64,000 bases of DNA, taken from the human T2T-CHM13v2.0 reference genome, Homo sapiens. The DNA is taken from the NCBI RefSeq assembly GCF_009914755.1, contig NC_060947.1, one strand, 5' to 3'. Shown one piece after another: positions 1 to 18,582 of this stretch (positions are counted from its first letter, which is position 1; every line of letters starts with the position of its first letter). Made by a program: the position numbers and the translations under genes. The notes beneath the pieces were generated by a model that worked only from the letters and a program-made list of their open reading frames with translations, made no database searches and had not been told where the DNA came from.

Positions 1-514
1 GTTTTTGCTTTATGACTATCAGTGTTATGTTTGATGCTTATTAACTCACATCCTCATTGTGAGATATACCCATTAGCATTAGAGTGCTGCCCTTTTACTA
101 GTTGAAGGCTTTTTGGCCTGGATTCGTCCTTATTTGACATTGAGATCTAGTTCCCTATTTTCTTGTTTACATTTCCTGGGATAGCATTGCCATCCTTTTA
201 TTTTCAGTTTTTCTGAATTACTTCGCTCTAAATATGTCTCTAAATGTAGTGTAAAGTTGGGTTTTGCTTTGTGAATCAGTCTTTTTCATGTGGTAAGTTT
301 AACCTATTTATACTTACTGGTATGATAGATCTGTCATCTGTAATGATAAGCATTTGTAATTTTCTGTTGCTTTCTGTTTTTAATACCTCAGTTTTCCTAT
401 GTTATATATTTGCTTTATTTTGCCATATTTATTTTAATAAATAACTAGGCTTGAATTTTTGGTTCTAGTGGTTATCTTTATAGTTATTACTTTATTTCTA
501 TAGACCTTTGTCCC

Positions 515-1300
<786 letters not shown>

Positions 1301-1379
1301 GGCTTCAGATAATATATGTTAATTCCTTATTGGGAGCAATGAAAACATCACATTTTAATGTTCAGAATAAACATTTATT

Positions 1380-2034
<655 letters not shown>

Positions 2035-2641
2035 TGAATTTATTTCCTGAAATATAACTTTCACATGTCTTGTTCCATATTTTTTTCTATAAACCTCTCT
2101 GGATTTTTGGATCAATGTATTGTTTTTGACTGGCAGTTAATGTTATGGTGGCTCCTTGTTATATTTGCACAAATTTGAGTTCTCTTTCCCTTAAGCAGTT
2201 GTGATAAATTAAAAATTCTCTTAATTATATAAGAAAAGGAGAACTTGGACTATTATGGCATAAAGATAGAACCTTCTGAATGTTGAATGAGTTGGTAGGA
2301 AATGATTCACATTTTCTTTTGGACTTGCTTTTCATCTTTCAGTCTCGCCCTGTCGGCTTCTGGTTCCCATATTAACCACTTTTCTCCCCTCCCTGCAGAC
2401 TGACCTCCCATTTGTTTGATTTTCCAGTTACTTTTGCACAGCCACACTTGCATTAAAGAGATTTTGCTCCTGCCTCCTTTTCTTAGATTTTATCCTCAAT
2501 TGTCTCTTTCCAAAGGGCAGGCGCTCACCTCTTTTTTGTAACCTCTTACAGCTTCCTCAGCTCAGCTTGCTCTGCACAGAGCAGGTGCTCCATAAATGGC
2601 AATTACTGATGGCATGCCTGACTCCATATCGAGGTTATTAA

Positions 2642-3089
<448 letters not shown>

Positions 3090-3591
3090 TGATAGCCCTG
3101 CCGTCTTTTCAGAAAACTAAATATTTTGATTTCTGTCATAATCACACCGGCTCTGTGAACCTCAGAGCCTTTAGCTCTTAGAAGGTAGCGGCCAGTTTCC
3201 GCATTCTTACTATTCTTAAAGTTTAAGGGCCCAGCCATCTTCTTTTCCTTTAGAACATATTTTAAGATACTTTGGAGATACTTTGGTTCCAAATGACTCC
3301 CTTTCGCAAAGTCTTGGCTTTTTAAGTCATTTTGCTCCTTGAAGCCTGATCACCACTGGGGACAACAGTGATTGCGTTCTTGGAGAAAATGGAAAGGTTT
3401 TTAAAAAAATTATGTTAGGAAAAGGGAAAAACAATCTCATTCTGCTTCCGAGTGTGTTTATTTTGTACCTTTACATATGTAAATGACAGATTTTTTTTTT
3501 TTTTCCCTGTAAGCAGTAGTTTTTCTGCTACAAGGTGTCACCAAGAATTAGACCAACCTGTTTGGAGAAAGGGATCAACTATTCAGAATTA

Positions 3592-4149
<558 letters not shown>

Positions 4150-4488
4150 TCATGGCTTTGGCCTCACTGTCTTTGTAGCACTTATGTTTTGTGTGCTTTT
4201 GAAAGTGGAGACAGCTGCAGTTACTGATCTATTGATGGTTGGGTGGTTTCCTCCCATTAAGCTTTTGGAAAATTGATCAGACTGTTGGCAAGGTTTGGGA
4301 AACCTTGGTTTTGTTACTGGATGGAATCTGAAAATATCACTGCTTTTTCTTTTCCTGTATATGTATAGGCATTCCATTATTTTACTTCCATGGTAATCTG
4401 ATTTTAGAGTTGGGCAAATCCTTTTATTTTAGGAATACCCTGGTCTAAGAATGTCAACCTATAGCCTGAGGGCTGGCCACCTGTTTTT

Positions 4489-5060
4489 TTTTTTCTAATT
4501 AATAGACTGTTTTTTAAAAAGAGTACAGTTCGTCCTCCATATCTGTGGGTTCCACATCCATGGATTCAATCAACCTCAGATAGAAAATATTCAGAAAAAA
4601 AATTCCACAAATTTCCAAAAAGCAAAATTTGAATTTGCCTCACCTTGAACACTATGTTGAATCCATGTAAATGAAATGATGTGTAGGCCTTGTAACTAGT
4701 CTAGAGATAATTTAAAGTATATGGAAGGATGTGCATAGGTCATATGCAAATACTCTAGGCCATTTTATGTAAGAGACTTGAGTATCCATGGATTTTGATA
4801 TCCAAGGGTGTCCAGGAACCAATCCCCCACAGATACTGAGAGGCAGTTTTAGGTTTACAGCAAAATTGAGCGGAAGTACAGAGTGCCCACAGAACCCCTC
4901 CCCACCCCCAAACACAGTCTCTGCCGCCATCAGTATCCTGCACCAGTGTGGGACATTTGTTATAATTGATGAACCAGCATTGACCCATCATTATCACCTA
5001 AAGTCCATAGTTTACATTAGGGCTCATTCTTTGTGTTGCACACTGCGGGTTTTGACAACT
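4489..5060 (-). mobile_element. L1MC-type 3' fragment (interrupted by MER2)
   Basis: cagttttaggtttacagcaaaattgagcggaagtacagag...aaagtccatagtttacattaggg. Confidence 0.75.
4524..4846. mobile_element. MER2-family (Tigger-derived) MITE
   Basis: tacagttcgtcctccatatctgtgggttccacatccatggattcaa...ggaaccaatcccccacagatactgagag; inverted termini. Confidence 0.8.
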
Positions 5061-6380
5061 CCTGTTTTTGTAAATAAAGTTTTACTGGAACACAGCCATG
5101 CTCATTCATCACATATTGTTTGTGGCTTTTGTCCATCCACAACAGCAGAAATTGAGTATTGACAGAGACTATATGGCCCACAAAGCCAAAAATGTTTACT
5201 ATCTGGTCCCGTACAGAAAGTTTCTTGTTCCCTGTTCTAAGACAAATCAGTTCCCTCTTTAAAGAACTGAGCAGTGATTGGTCTTAATTTCCATTTAAGT
5301 GGTAAAGCTCTGTTTCTCCTGTATGCTAGTAACAATAAACTTTGACTATCTGGAGTGTGACTTTTGGGGTAGTGAAGGCTTTTCCAGGTAATCGGGTGGT
5401 TTACCTATAGGATATCTGCCTCAGAGTGGAATTACCATATGAAAGCTGTTGACAGTTTATAGGTTTAATTTATCCAGGGCTGTCAGCAAAGTTTATCTGT
5501 ATCAGTTTCTCCGTAGCCCTGCCAAAATGAGGTTTTATGATTTTAATCGCATCATAGGTAACATAGGAATGAAAAGTGCTTTTTCCTCTGCTTGGGTTTT
5601 TTGTCTGCTTTTTGTTCTGTGTAAAGTGCCATTGGCCATTTTGTAACCAGAATCTGAAGTTTTTATCATTTGCATAAATTCCTGTGTATATTTGGCATAG
5701 TAAGCTCTTGTGCTGTGTAAATATCGTTTCCTTTGGCAAAGTAATTATCAAAGTATAAAACTGAAGACATTTGGAAAGAATTGCTATATTACCTGTAATA
5801 TGGGTAATTCATCTGTTTTTTTGTGATAGCCCTTCCTGCTTTTGCCCATATATTTACATGTGTTAACACTGTATGTTGGTTTCCTTTTTATCTAGTGCAC
5901 AGTCTGAGTTTTCATATGCTCAGTGTTACCTATATCATTTACGGTGCTTTTATCATGGTCAGATTTGTCACCTATAGCAGAGTTTGTAAGTAGTTATTAA
6001 ATCTCTCTGGAATCTATTGCCATTTTCTGATGAGCCTTTGTAGCTAACTCATTTTTACCCTGTTCTGCTGTCAAGTTGCCCAACAATTATTAAGACCTCA
6101 AGTTTTTCTCTTGAAACTTCGCTGTTTCTCTTTTATCTTGGCCGTTTCTCTTTGATCATATGCTAAGCTCTCAGAGTAGTTTGTATTTGTGGATTCTAGT
6201 CAACATGGCAACTTTTCTGATTTTAACTAAATATCACATTTTAACTTTGTAATTTATGTTGAAATTTGGTGAGGGCAGTTCCTTATTTATTACTTTACAT
6301 TTTAAATAATTCTTGCTTTTCTTGTGTACTAATTCTTCTTGATAAATTAGTCATTGTGCACCTTGAATAGCATATCATCA

Positions 6381-6804
<424 letters not shown>

Positions 6805-7807
6805 TCAGTTAGCCTATTTCGCTTTTATGGCAGGAAGGCTAGTTTACGCTATACTTGCCTTCGTGGGAGAGCTGGGTTTGATTGTGACCCATGGTGGATG
6901 TCCTTCATATCCCTCAAGGAGAACCCCATTCCTGGTCATTGCCTCATCTTAACTCTGAGATTAAACCTTTTGCCATAATGAATGGCAGAAAAATTGTAGT
7001 AAACTATTACATTTGCACAGGTCAGCATTTATATTCGCTCTAATTGAATACTTAGGGTTCTAACTCAGTGGTATGTTATTTCCCTAAGGGTCACCTAAAC
7101 AGTTGTGATTTTATTTTCATTCTTGGACTTGATCTATGATTCTCCTTAACCATTTGAGTTGTACCAGTGTTGCTTTCTCTCTTACCAGGGCATGGAGGTC
7201 AGTATATAATAGTCTCACTGTTGGGAAGAAATTATCATCTCTCTAACATTTTCCCATACCATGAAGTTAAATATTTTGCCATGTGTTGCTGGCCAGAAAA
7301 CAGTAGGGCCTTTTGAAATTTGTAACTTACATATATTTTCCCACAATTGTTACATTTTCATAGACCAGAGAACACTCAGGCTTCTATCTGAACCTTTTCT
7401 TGGATCTGTCCTAGTAGGGTATAATGTTTCCTTAAGCTTGCTAGCAGATATTTCTTAATACCAGCCTGTGGATTTTGTATAACTTTGGTTAATTTCTCCT
7501 CCTGATTCTGCTGTTAAATAGAAAGCAAAGTGGTTATTGCTGTATTACTGTTCCTGCATTGGTCATGTGATGTGCTCATGTGAGCACTTTATTTGTAATA
7601 GACTCTTCTGGGAGGAAGCTGCTTGTCTCAGGGAGTCTCCTGTTCTCTAGAAATTGCCCTTCATGGCCAGGGTACTGCTTCTTTTGTTAGAGCTCCTTAC
7701 ATATTCTCTACCGTGTTATCTCTGGCCTACATACTCCTATTCCTGTTTCTTTGACCTGAGCTTGACTTCAGTGAAGCTATTGGAGAAGGAAATTAAAATG
7801 GACTCTT

Positions 7808-8140
<333 letters not shown>

Positions 8141-8149
8141 TCAATAGAT

Positions 8150-8300
8150 TCGACTAGCACTTACTGAGTACTTACCAACTAAAACAGGATATCATCTAAT
8201 TCTCACAACAGCCATGCCCATTTTACCAATTAGGAAACTGAAGTTCTGAGCGGGTAAGAAGATGACTCACACGTATAATAGGTAGTAGAGCCACATGTCT
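8150..8300 (-). mobile_element. MIR fragment
   Basis: attctcacaacagccatgcccattttaccaattaggaaactgaag MIR core. Confidence 0.6.
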
Positions 8301-9249
8301 GCCCGCCTGATCGTCTTACCACCTCTTTATAGCAGAGAAAGTAGGTGAGGGATTGGGCGCAGTGTGTGAGCAAAACAAACTGGAGGAAAGGACCATCGAG
8401 TGCATTGTCACCGCCTCCCAAGCATTACCACATCCTGAAGCACAGCCGTTTCCTTCTCGAGTTTGTTTAGTTTTTATCTTCCCCATTTAAGATCATCTGA
8501 AAGTGAAAGGGAAAAAAAGAGCTGACACTGAAAAGTCTCTTACAGAGTACAAAGATGTTTGTGATCAGTTTCCCAAGAGGCTGAAATAAAACTCAAAGGT
8601 GAAAATAAAGACAACAGTACATGGGTAAATAAAAAATTGGGGATGCTTAATAGCCATTGTCTGGGCTTGAGGAGTTCTTTGATTTGTTTACCCTCATTGA
8701 ATTTTCTATGATTAGATGCTAGTCCATGGTTCTCAGTCCTGGCTGCTCATGAGAATTGTCTGGGGAGCGCCTGAAATGAGTGACACCTGCTCCCTACATA
8801 AACCAATTAAATCAATTGCTGCGGGTAGGAGTCTAGGTGCTGGTGCTTTTGGGTTACCCAGGCGATTGTGTAATAATATTCTTCCAGAGTTAAAACCACA
8901 GTGTTAGAGCTGGTGAAATTTTTGCCCAAGAGCTATGAACCACTTTAGGGGATAGAGTCTGTGAGTGAGATGCCAAAGGTTAACACCGAAGTCATTCTGG
9001 AGTCCATCAGCATTAGTTGAAAGTTCTGGATTTGGAATGAAATGGAAACTAAGAAGCATTGGGAAATTGCCAAGGCATATTCATTGCCTTTGAGGAGCTC
9101 ATAGATAAATGAGAAGCTGGGACAAATACATAAATTTACGTATGCTAGTCAGAAGGATGAATCATATAATTTTGTGGTATCTTTTTGCTGCTGTCCCTAC
9201 CTCGCCCTTAAAGGTTTTTGAAATAAGGGTGGTTTCTGGGAACAGGTAA

Positions 9250-9637
<388 letters not shown>

Positions 9638-9815
9638 CCCTTTTTCTTGACTTCCACCTTTTTTCCTTGGCTGTTTACTCCTAGCACTGCTCTCCAGAGT
9701 TTTCTTAGAATTTATATTAGTAGGCAAGGTTAGTGTATGATAAATAACTGTATAGAGAGACAAACAAAAATCTTATCCTCTTAGACTAATTCAGTGGGAA
9801 CTTGAGCTTAGAGAC

Positions 9816-10181
9816 TGATGTGGTTTGGCTCTGTGTCTCCACCCAAATCTCATGTTGAGTTATGATCTTCAGTGTTGGTGGTGGGGCCTGGTGGGAGGTG
9901 ATTGGATCATGGGGGCAGATTTCCCCCTTGCTGTTCTCATGATAGCGAGTGAGTTCTCATGAGATCTGGTTGTTTAAAAGTGTGTAGCACTTCTCCCTTT
10001 GCTCTCTCTCTCTCCTGCCACCATGTGAAGATGTGCTTGCTTCCCCTTCGCCTCTGCCATGATTGTAAGTTTCCTGAGGCCTCCCTATCCATGTGGACTG
10101 TGAGTCAATTAAACCTCTTTCCTTCATAAGTTACTCAGTCTCAGGTAGTTCTTTCTAGCCACATGAGAACAAACTAATACA
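9816..10181 (+). mobile_element. THE1 (THE1D-like) solo LTR, MaLR
   Basis: TGatgtggtttggctctgtgtc...aactaataCA; 5-bp TSD gagac/gagat. Confidence 0.88.
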
Positions 10182-10512
10182 GAGATCATCTGTAATCTTC
10201 CCAATTTTACACATGAGAAAGTAGAAGCCCCAAGTAAGGAAGAGACTATGCCAGTCATCAGCTAGTTTTTGGTATAACATCTTGGCCACCTCTTCCAAAG
10301 GGAACCAGAAATTATTCTTTTTATGAGGCCAAGGGAACTTACATTTGTGTGCCACTCTCTGCTAAACACAATAGTGGTTAGCTGTAATTCTCACAGCGTC
10401 CACATTAAGTGTTTCCATTTCTTGGATGAAGAGTCTAAAGCTTAGATAGTTTAAGTCTCTTACCTAAGCAAAGTTAGGGGCAAAGCCATGGTTAAAATTC
10501 AGGTAGAGTGAG

Positions 10513-10797
10513 GTTTGTTTGTTTGTTTATTTTTTGGAGACAGAGTGTTCCTCTGTCGTCCAGGCTGGAGTGCGTGGTGTGATCTTGGCTCACTGCAACC
10601 TCCACCTCCAGGTTCAAGTGATTCTCCTGCCTTAGCCTCCCAAGTATCTGGGATAACAGGCACCCATCACCACGCCTGGCTAATTTTTTGTATTTTTAGT
10701 AGAAATGGGGTTTCACCATGTTGTCCAAGCTGGTCTCGAACTCCTGACCTCAAGTAATCTGCCCGCCTTGGCCTCTCAAAGTGCTGGGATTACAAGC
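10513..10797 (-). mobile_element. Alu (AluS)
   Basis: Antisense dimer, slightly 5'-truncated. Confidence 0.93.
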
Positions 10798-11069
10798 AAG
10801 ATTGAGCTTTTAAACCTATGCTCTTTTCAGTTTAACATAGTATACCATTGTCCCCAGTGCAATTCTTTATAGCAAATATAGTCTCTATTAGCAATGCTGA
10901 GGTTTTGTCTAAATTTATTCTGTTACACAATCAGGAAATGGTATAATCTAATGCTTATCTAGTTTTATTATTTCAGAACTATCAGATTGATACCTACTCC
11001 ACTTACTTACAATGAAATAATTCTACTTCTGAAAACCACTACTTGTTAGTCTGCATTATCATCTCTGGG

Positions 11070-11290
11070 AATATGAGAAGCAGTATATACAGACTTGTAC
11101 TCCAGTCTTAATTTCTGATGCCTACCAGCAGTGTGAGCCTGGGCAAATCACTTAATCCCACTACACTTCAGTGTCCTTATCTACAAAATAGAAATGCTAG
11201 TGGCTAATCATAGGATGGTTGCATTGATGAGATTGAGAACGTATGGCATAGTGCATAACACATGGTAGGTGCTTGGTAGATGTTGGTTAT
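11070..11290 (+). mobile_element. MIR
   Basis: tgtgagcctgggcaaatcacttaatc...cttcagtgtccttatctacaaaatag. Confidence 0.65.
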
Positions 11291-12016
11291 GAATTTACTA
11301 TGAGAAGTTAGTGACACAGCATTTCCTTGATGAAGTCAGCTTTCTGCTAAGAATAAAAGCTGGGTAGGGAGCTCTTAACCTTGAATGTTAATTATCTTCA
11401 AGTTTATTGGCTGAAGGTCTCAGCTGTACAAAACTGATCATTTTCCAAGAAACATAGCACTTTCAGCTCTTTTGTGCTTTGAGAGTGACTTGCTTTGGAT
11501 TCCCTTTGATCACTGTGATGGCTAACTAAATGATTTGCCTCAGTTAACCTCAAATATGAGTACAGTGTGACCATTAGCTATTCCTGCTTCCATGACAACA
11601 GGGCATCCTGTAACTCACCAATTTACCATTAGGACTAGATTCTAAACTCCCTTCTGGAATTAGGTTGATATGGATGCATGGCGGCTTTGGCTGCATAGTG
11701 CTTGTTACTCACATGCTCTAGCTTGTCACAGCTTTATTTGTGACATCTGTTCTGAACACATCATGTCTCTTCCACTCTCTGGCCTGACACACCATATTGA
11801 CTGTTACTGCCACTGTATTGTCTTCCTACCTGCCTTTTGGCTCTTCTCATGATTTTAAGGATTGAATACCCTTAAACAAATATATAGAATGAAGTTGGCC
11901 TGTAAGAGGGATTTACCGTTACCTGCAAATGTTATCTTGAACCCCTGAATTTTATTTGCTATGTTAAGTTTGTAACTAAACTTACTGGGTGTTTTAATTT
12001 TCAGTTGCGATCCGAG

Positions 12017-12616
<600 letters not shown>

Positions 12617-13099
12617 AGGAAATATTTATTGAATACCTACAATGTACCAGGTATTGTACTAATGGACTCTTCAATCTTTTGAGGAATCATGATACAGGAC
12701 ATAGAACTCATAGAACTCAGTGACTGAGGCAGTGGCAGAGGGCATTGCCCAAGCACAGGGCACAACTTCTGGGCCCACAGAGAAATCCATTCACAGCTTG
12801 CTTTGGCTTTGTTATACAGAGCAGCAGTTTTCTCACTAGTCTGTGCAGATATATGTTTCAAAAGAGCAAACAAACAGGATTTCTAAAGAGAGGGGATCAA
12901 GGGACTACTACCTTAATTAAGAACTCTATCCCAATCACCTTCGTACCCCCTTTTCCTATCAGAAGAACAAAAATCATTACATGAAGGGTACCACGGGTGT
13001 CAGACCCCATTAGGAAGCTCTGCATATAGTAGCATATTTTGTATGAGATTTTTGTATTTTTTTAAAGAATAGAATAGTTCTAGTTATAGGAAGATTTTT

Positions 13100-13370
13100 A
13101 TGAGTTACTTTGCCGTATTTGCTTTATTTTTCCCTCTCCATCCATCCCTATTCCTCTCTCTCTCTCTCTCTCTCACATACACATGCTTTATGCTTTTTTG
13201 CTGAACCATTTGAGAATAAATTGCAGACATCATGCCTCTTTACCCCTAGATACTTAAGTATGTATGTCCTCAGCTTAAGGGTATTCTCCTAATAACCATG
13301 ATACAGTTATTACCCTTGGGGAATTTATCATTGATATAAAAATAAAATGGAACATCTAAATTTCCCTTAA
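13100..13370 (-). mobile_element. Old L1 (L1MC/ME) 3' fragment
   Basis: ctgaaccatttgagaataaattgcagacatcatgcc..tttacccct. Confidence 0.65.
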
Positions 13371-13373
13371 TGG

Positions 13374-13892
<519 letters not shown>

Positions 13893-14334
13893 CTAAAAGT
13901 CTGCAGACAGAAGGGCCACCCTCTGTTCTGACCTCTAGAACATTAACAGCAGGCAGTTATCCCTATCGGCAAGGTAAAGGACAAAAGGGGGTTCTTCTCT
14001 AAAGACACTGATGGAACTATTTCAGGAGAATCAGGGAAGCTGGTGTGGTATTAGCGCCCACTGAAAAGCCCCAGTGTAATCAGGAATTCAGGGAGCTCTC
14101 TCCGCCAAGAGCCCCACAGGGCTCCCAGTCTTTAGCCTGCTTCCTTCCCAAACCTGACTGAACAACCAAAGATCACCACACGTCTGAGGGAAGCCTACAG
14201 CGAGAAAGAGACTAACAAAGACAGAAAAATGGACATTAACCCCCAAAAGAGACAAAATCTGACTGGCCATAAAAGAGTGCTTTAAAATATAATTTAGCAA
14301 TAAATCATCTACAACCCCCCATTAACATCCCAGA

Positions 14335-14830
14335 GAAGATCGCATTTTCCAAAGATGGCCATGAGGATACTTTTCTACAGTGTGACCTTGGCACCCCTCT
14401 GTCAGGAGCAGGAGTCGAAATTTCCTTCTGGAGTCTGGGCAGGCCCTGGCTACTTAGCCTAATTGATTGTGGCAGACTAGGCCAGCTGTGTGACTTCTGA
14501 GCCTGGGTCATAAAAGGCCATGCGGCTGCTGTCTTTTCACTGAAGTGGTGGAAGGATCCAACTAGCCCGAAGCTGCCGTGATGTGAGGGAGCCCAGGAAG
14601 AGGCCACCCCAAGCTGCTCAGATGGGCAGTCCTAGTTGTGCAGTTGTCTGTCCCAAGCATCAGACTTAGGAGTGAAGGGGCCCTCGGATGTTTCCAGACC
14701 CAAGATCTAGTCACCCTGCAGCCTTCGGGTTTTCCCAGCTGAAGCCCAGATAAGCCATCCCTTCTGCGTGCTGTCTAAATTCCTGACTCACAGCATCTGT
14801 GAGTATCATAATATGGACTTTGGACTGAAA
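14335..14830 (+). mobile_element. MLT1-family LTR (MLT1G/H-like)
   Basis: ccaaagatggcc...tgtgacttctgagcctgggtcataaaaggccatgc...cccagctgaagcccaga...aattcctgactcacag. Confidence 0.65.
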
Positions 14831-14937
14831 GAAGTCGTGTAATATCTAGATGTTTTGGGGCACTGAATTTGATAGGGAATAAAGTGTGCGTGAAATCCCC
14901 AGTATTTGGCTCTTTGTCTCTGAAGTTCTGACTCACT

Positions 14938-15219
14938 CTTTTTGTTTTTGTTTTTTTGAAATGGGGCGTCACTCTGTCACCTGGGCTGGAGTGCAGTGGC
15001 ACAATCACAGCTCACTGCAGCCTCGACCTCCTGGCTCAAGCGATCCTCCTGCCTCAGTCTCCTAAGTAGCTGGAACTATAGTCACGCACCACCATGCCCA
15101 GCTGATTTTTTATTTTTTTGTGGAGACTGGGTCTCCCTATGTTGCCTGGGCTGGTCTTGAACTCTTGGACTCAAGCAGTCCTCTTGCCTCAGCCTCCCAA
15201 AGTGCTGGGATTACAGGCA
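14938..15219 (-). mobile_element. Alu (AluJ)
   Basis: cacagctcactgcagcctcgacctcc. Confidence 0.92.
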
Positions 15220-15637
15220 TAATTGGCTCACTGTTATTAATAACCAAAACATGGTCTGGCCTAGAGTGGAGGCAGCCCCAAGTTTGGCAGATTCCAAATC
15301 TGCAGCCTATTTTGATCCTTCTTAAATTCAGAAATAAATGTTCTTGAACAAAGGAAAACTCTTAAGCTCTTAAGGCAGTGAGAAACTGCTCATGAAACAA
15401 AACAAACATTTTAAAAGTAGAAACTAAGTTTTTAAAAAAGTGATTCTTTGAAGGACATTCACAACCATTTGGTAGGTCTCCATTCACATGTCAGATTGTT
15501 TCTTCTGAAGGACTATTCAATTAATCATTGTTTAACCCTAGTAAATCAAAAAATTAATGACTTATTCTAAAATTCAGTGTTTTCAACAGATTGAAATCTT
15601 ATAACTACAACTAGAGAAAAGAAGTTGAAGAGCTCAC

Positions 15638-15825
15638 CTGCACACATGGACATAAACATGGGGACAACAGACACTGTAAACTACTAGACGGAGGGGGAAG
15701 TGGGCGCGGGTTGAAAAACTACCTATTGGGTACTGTGCACACTGCCTAGGTGCAACATACACATGGAACAAACCTGCGCATGTACCCCCTGTATCTGAAA
15801 TAAAAGTTGAAAATTTTTTTTAAAA
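15638..15825 (+). mobile_element. L1PA16/17-like 3' end
   Basis: cacatggacataaacatggggacaacagacactg...gaaaaactacctattgggtac...aacaaacctgcgcatgtaccccctgtatctgaaataaaagttg. Confidence 0.8.
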
Positions 15826-16222
15826 AGCTTAAAATAATATGTTCTCAGTTATATTTTACCAATTTAAACATGGCTAATGGGAAAAGTACATTGCCAACTC
15901 AGACATTTAGTTGGTGATATTAATCGAAAGCATTTAGTTGATGATATTAATAAAAATTATCAGAATGAGCTGGATCATTCTGTTGGGGTTTTTTGGTGCC
16001 TTGCGGGTAATTTTTCCATGTATTGCTCTTTATCTCATTATTGCCACTCCCAAACCACCCCCCAACCCCCACCAACTGCTAAAGCTGAACAATGGACAAA
16101 GAAAGCCTTCAAGTAATCCAGACAGAGGAGACTCTACATTTTAGGAGGCATGGTCTCTGTTGATTGAAGACAGTACAAAATATGTCCTCAGCCTCTGCTT
16201 TAATTAAAAGGTACTTACTATC

Positions 16223-16337
16223 AATCACTTGAACCTAGGAGGCGGAGGTGGCAGTGAGCCAAGATTGTGCCATTGCACTCCAGCCTGGGCAACAAGAGCA
16301 AAACTCCATCTCAAAAAAAAAAAAAAAAAAAAAAAAA
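16223..16337 (+). mobile_element. 5'-truncated Alu (right arm)
   Basis: Long A-tail; TSD aaaag(gt/ac)actta(c/t)tatca. Confidence 0.9.
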
Positions 16338-16713
16338 GACACTTATTATCAGGTGACTTGATTAATTGAAGAAATAATTATTTTTTCTGCCGCCTGTAAA
16401 TTAGTCGAAAAGAGGATTAAAACGAAGCCAGGGTTATCAGCCGCTATGTAAACCAGGTATAAAGAAATATGTCTGTGAGCTCCTGCTCTCAGGTGGCTAG
16501 CTAAACGCTCTTGGCTACCTCCTGGTCCCACCATAGGGAAGGCTCCCTGCATTACATTGAAAGTCATTTATATTTCTGTGTCTATTCACCCTAGGTCTTG
16601 GTGAATGTGAAGCTATATGGAACCTTTCTAGACAAAGCAAATCATACCTTTTGCAAATATAGTAATTGTCTCCAGCTTCCCAATAAAAGGACAAAGTATA
16701 AAAAACAAACAGA

Positions 16714-17020
16714 GGCCAGGCGCAGTGGCTCACGCCTGTAATCCTAGAACTTTGGGAAGCTGAGGCAGGCGGATCATCTGAGGTCAGGAGTTCGAGACCA
16801 ACCTGGCCAACATGGTGAAACCCCGTCTCTACTAAAAATACAAAAATTAGCCGGGTGTGGTGGTGCATGCCTGTAATCCCAGCTACTCAGGAGGCTGAGG
16901 CAGGAGAATCGCTTGAACTCAGGAGGTGGAGGTTGCCGCCACTTGGTGAGCCAAGATTGCGCCACTGCACTCCAGCCTGGGCAACAGAGAGAGACTCTGT
17001 CTCAAAAACAAACAAACAAA
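16714..17020 (+). mobile_element. Alu (AluS)
   Basis: Full dimer with small insertion near 16936. Confidence 0.95.
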
Positions 17021-17708
17021 CCAGAAACAAAGGAGAATGAAAGGATCGTCAAACTTAGGAGAAAAACAGAAGAAATGCACATGAGTGTATTTGAGTCTAA
17101 TGACCTGTTTGCATCCACTAAGTCAGAGTTTTCCAAGCCCCCTCACCTGCTCCCTTTGTCATCTTTGAACTGATACCAGGGAAAAACTTAATTGGTAAAT
17201 TTGAATAAGATGAAGTATATTGAGAAATGCAGAATAAAAATAGAAAGTCAAAATTAAGGAATGTAGAGAAGCCAAGTAAGTAGGGAAAAAATGAAGTCAA
17301 ATAATTGGAAAGCAGAACTGGAAAATACACAATATACCAGAAGACTTATCAAAACAGAACCCTCTGGCGAGGACATTCATTTAAAACCAAAATGTTTTTC
17401 TTGGTAAGTTTATTATTTAAAAAAAAATGGTTGTTAGAACCTTTTCATTTAAACTGAGTATCCGGCATTAATACATAGGAAAGATACTTTCAATGTACGT
17501 GAAGAAAGCACAGAAAGGTTATAAAAATCAGGCATTTCATACTTATTTTTAGGCTAACTAATTAACTAAAAAAGACTTATCCTCCTATTTAAGCTGATAT
17601 ATAATTAAGGTGTCTGAGTACAAAGAATTTGTCCCTAAACCTAATGTAGAATGTAAGAGACAAAACCTGAAATTTTCCAACTACTCTTTTTAAAAAATAC
17701 GAACTTCT

Positions 17709-18081
<373 letters not shown>

Positions 18082-18452
18082 TCATTGAGAAGCTACCATA
18101 GGCGAGGCACTATAATATGTGCTATGGGGGATAGAGAGACAGATAAAAGTTTCTTTCCACATGAGTTTTATAACAGGCTGATAATCCAAGGAAGCTTGAA
18201 GAAAATGCTTCCTGAAATTTGGTTCTCTTAGACCATGCCTAGTAGTTGAGTTTTAACTATTGCAGAATCATCAGATGAGCCCAGGGAATGGGTTCTCAGG
18301 GCTGACCAAGCAGTAACTGACAGTTCGATTGTGTATCCCATGGCCTCAGACTATTCTGTTTGAGCATCATCAGCGTCATTAGTGATTGCTATTTAATTAG
18401 CCCCTCTTCTAAGTTTTAAGAATATGTGACTGTTAAATATTGTGGTTTATTA

Positions 18453-18582
18453 AGTTTTTATTTATAGAGATGGGGGTCTTGCCACATTGCCCAGGCTGGT
18501 CTCGAACTCCTGGCCTCACATGATCTTCCCATCTCAGCCTCCCAAGTAGCTAGGATTACGGTCGTGAGCCACTGCCTCTGGT
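18453..18582 (-). mobile_element. FLAM / Alu left monomer
   Basis: Single antisense monomer. Confidence 0.8.

Larger units (their letters stand above)
4445..5235. mobile_element. MER58A-like hAT element split by an L1MC fragment
   Basis: cctgtttttgtaaataaagttttactggaacacagccatgc...tatggcccacaaagcc...tttactatctgg; 5' piece at 4445-4488. Confidence 0.75.

Noticed and set aside
17496-17501. Isolated TACGTG hypoxia-response-like motifs (also ~46447, ~57766)
   Set aside because: PDK3 is a reported HIF target, but single hexamers are expected by chance in 64 kb and have no supporting context here.
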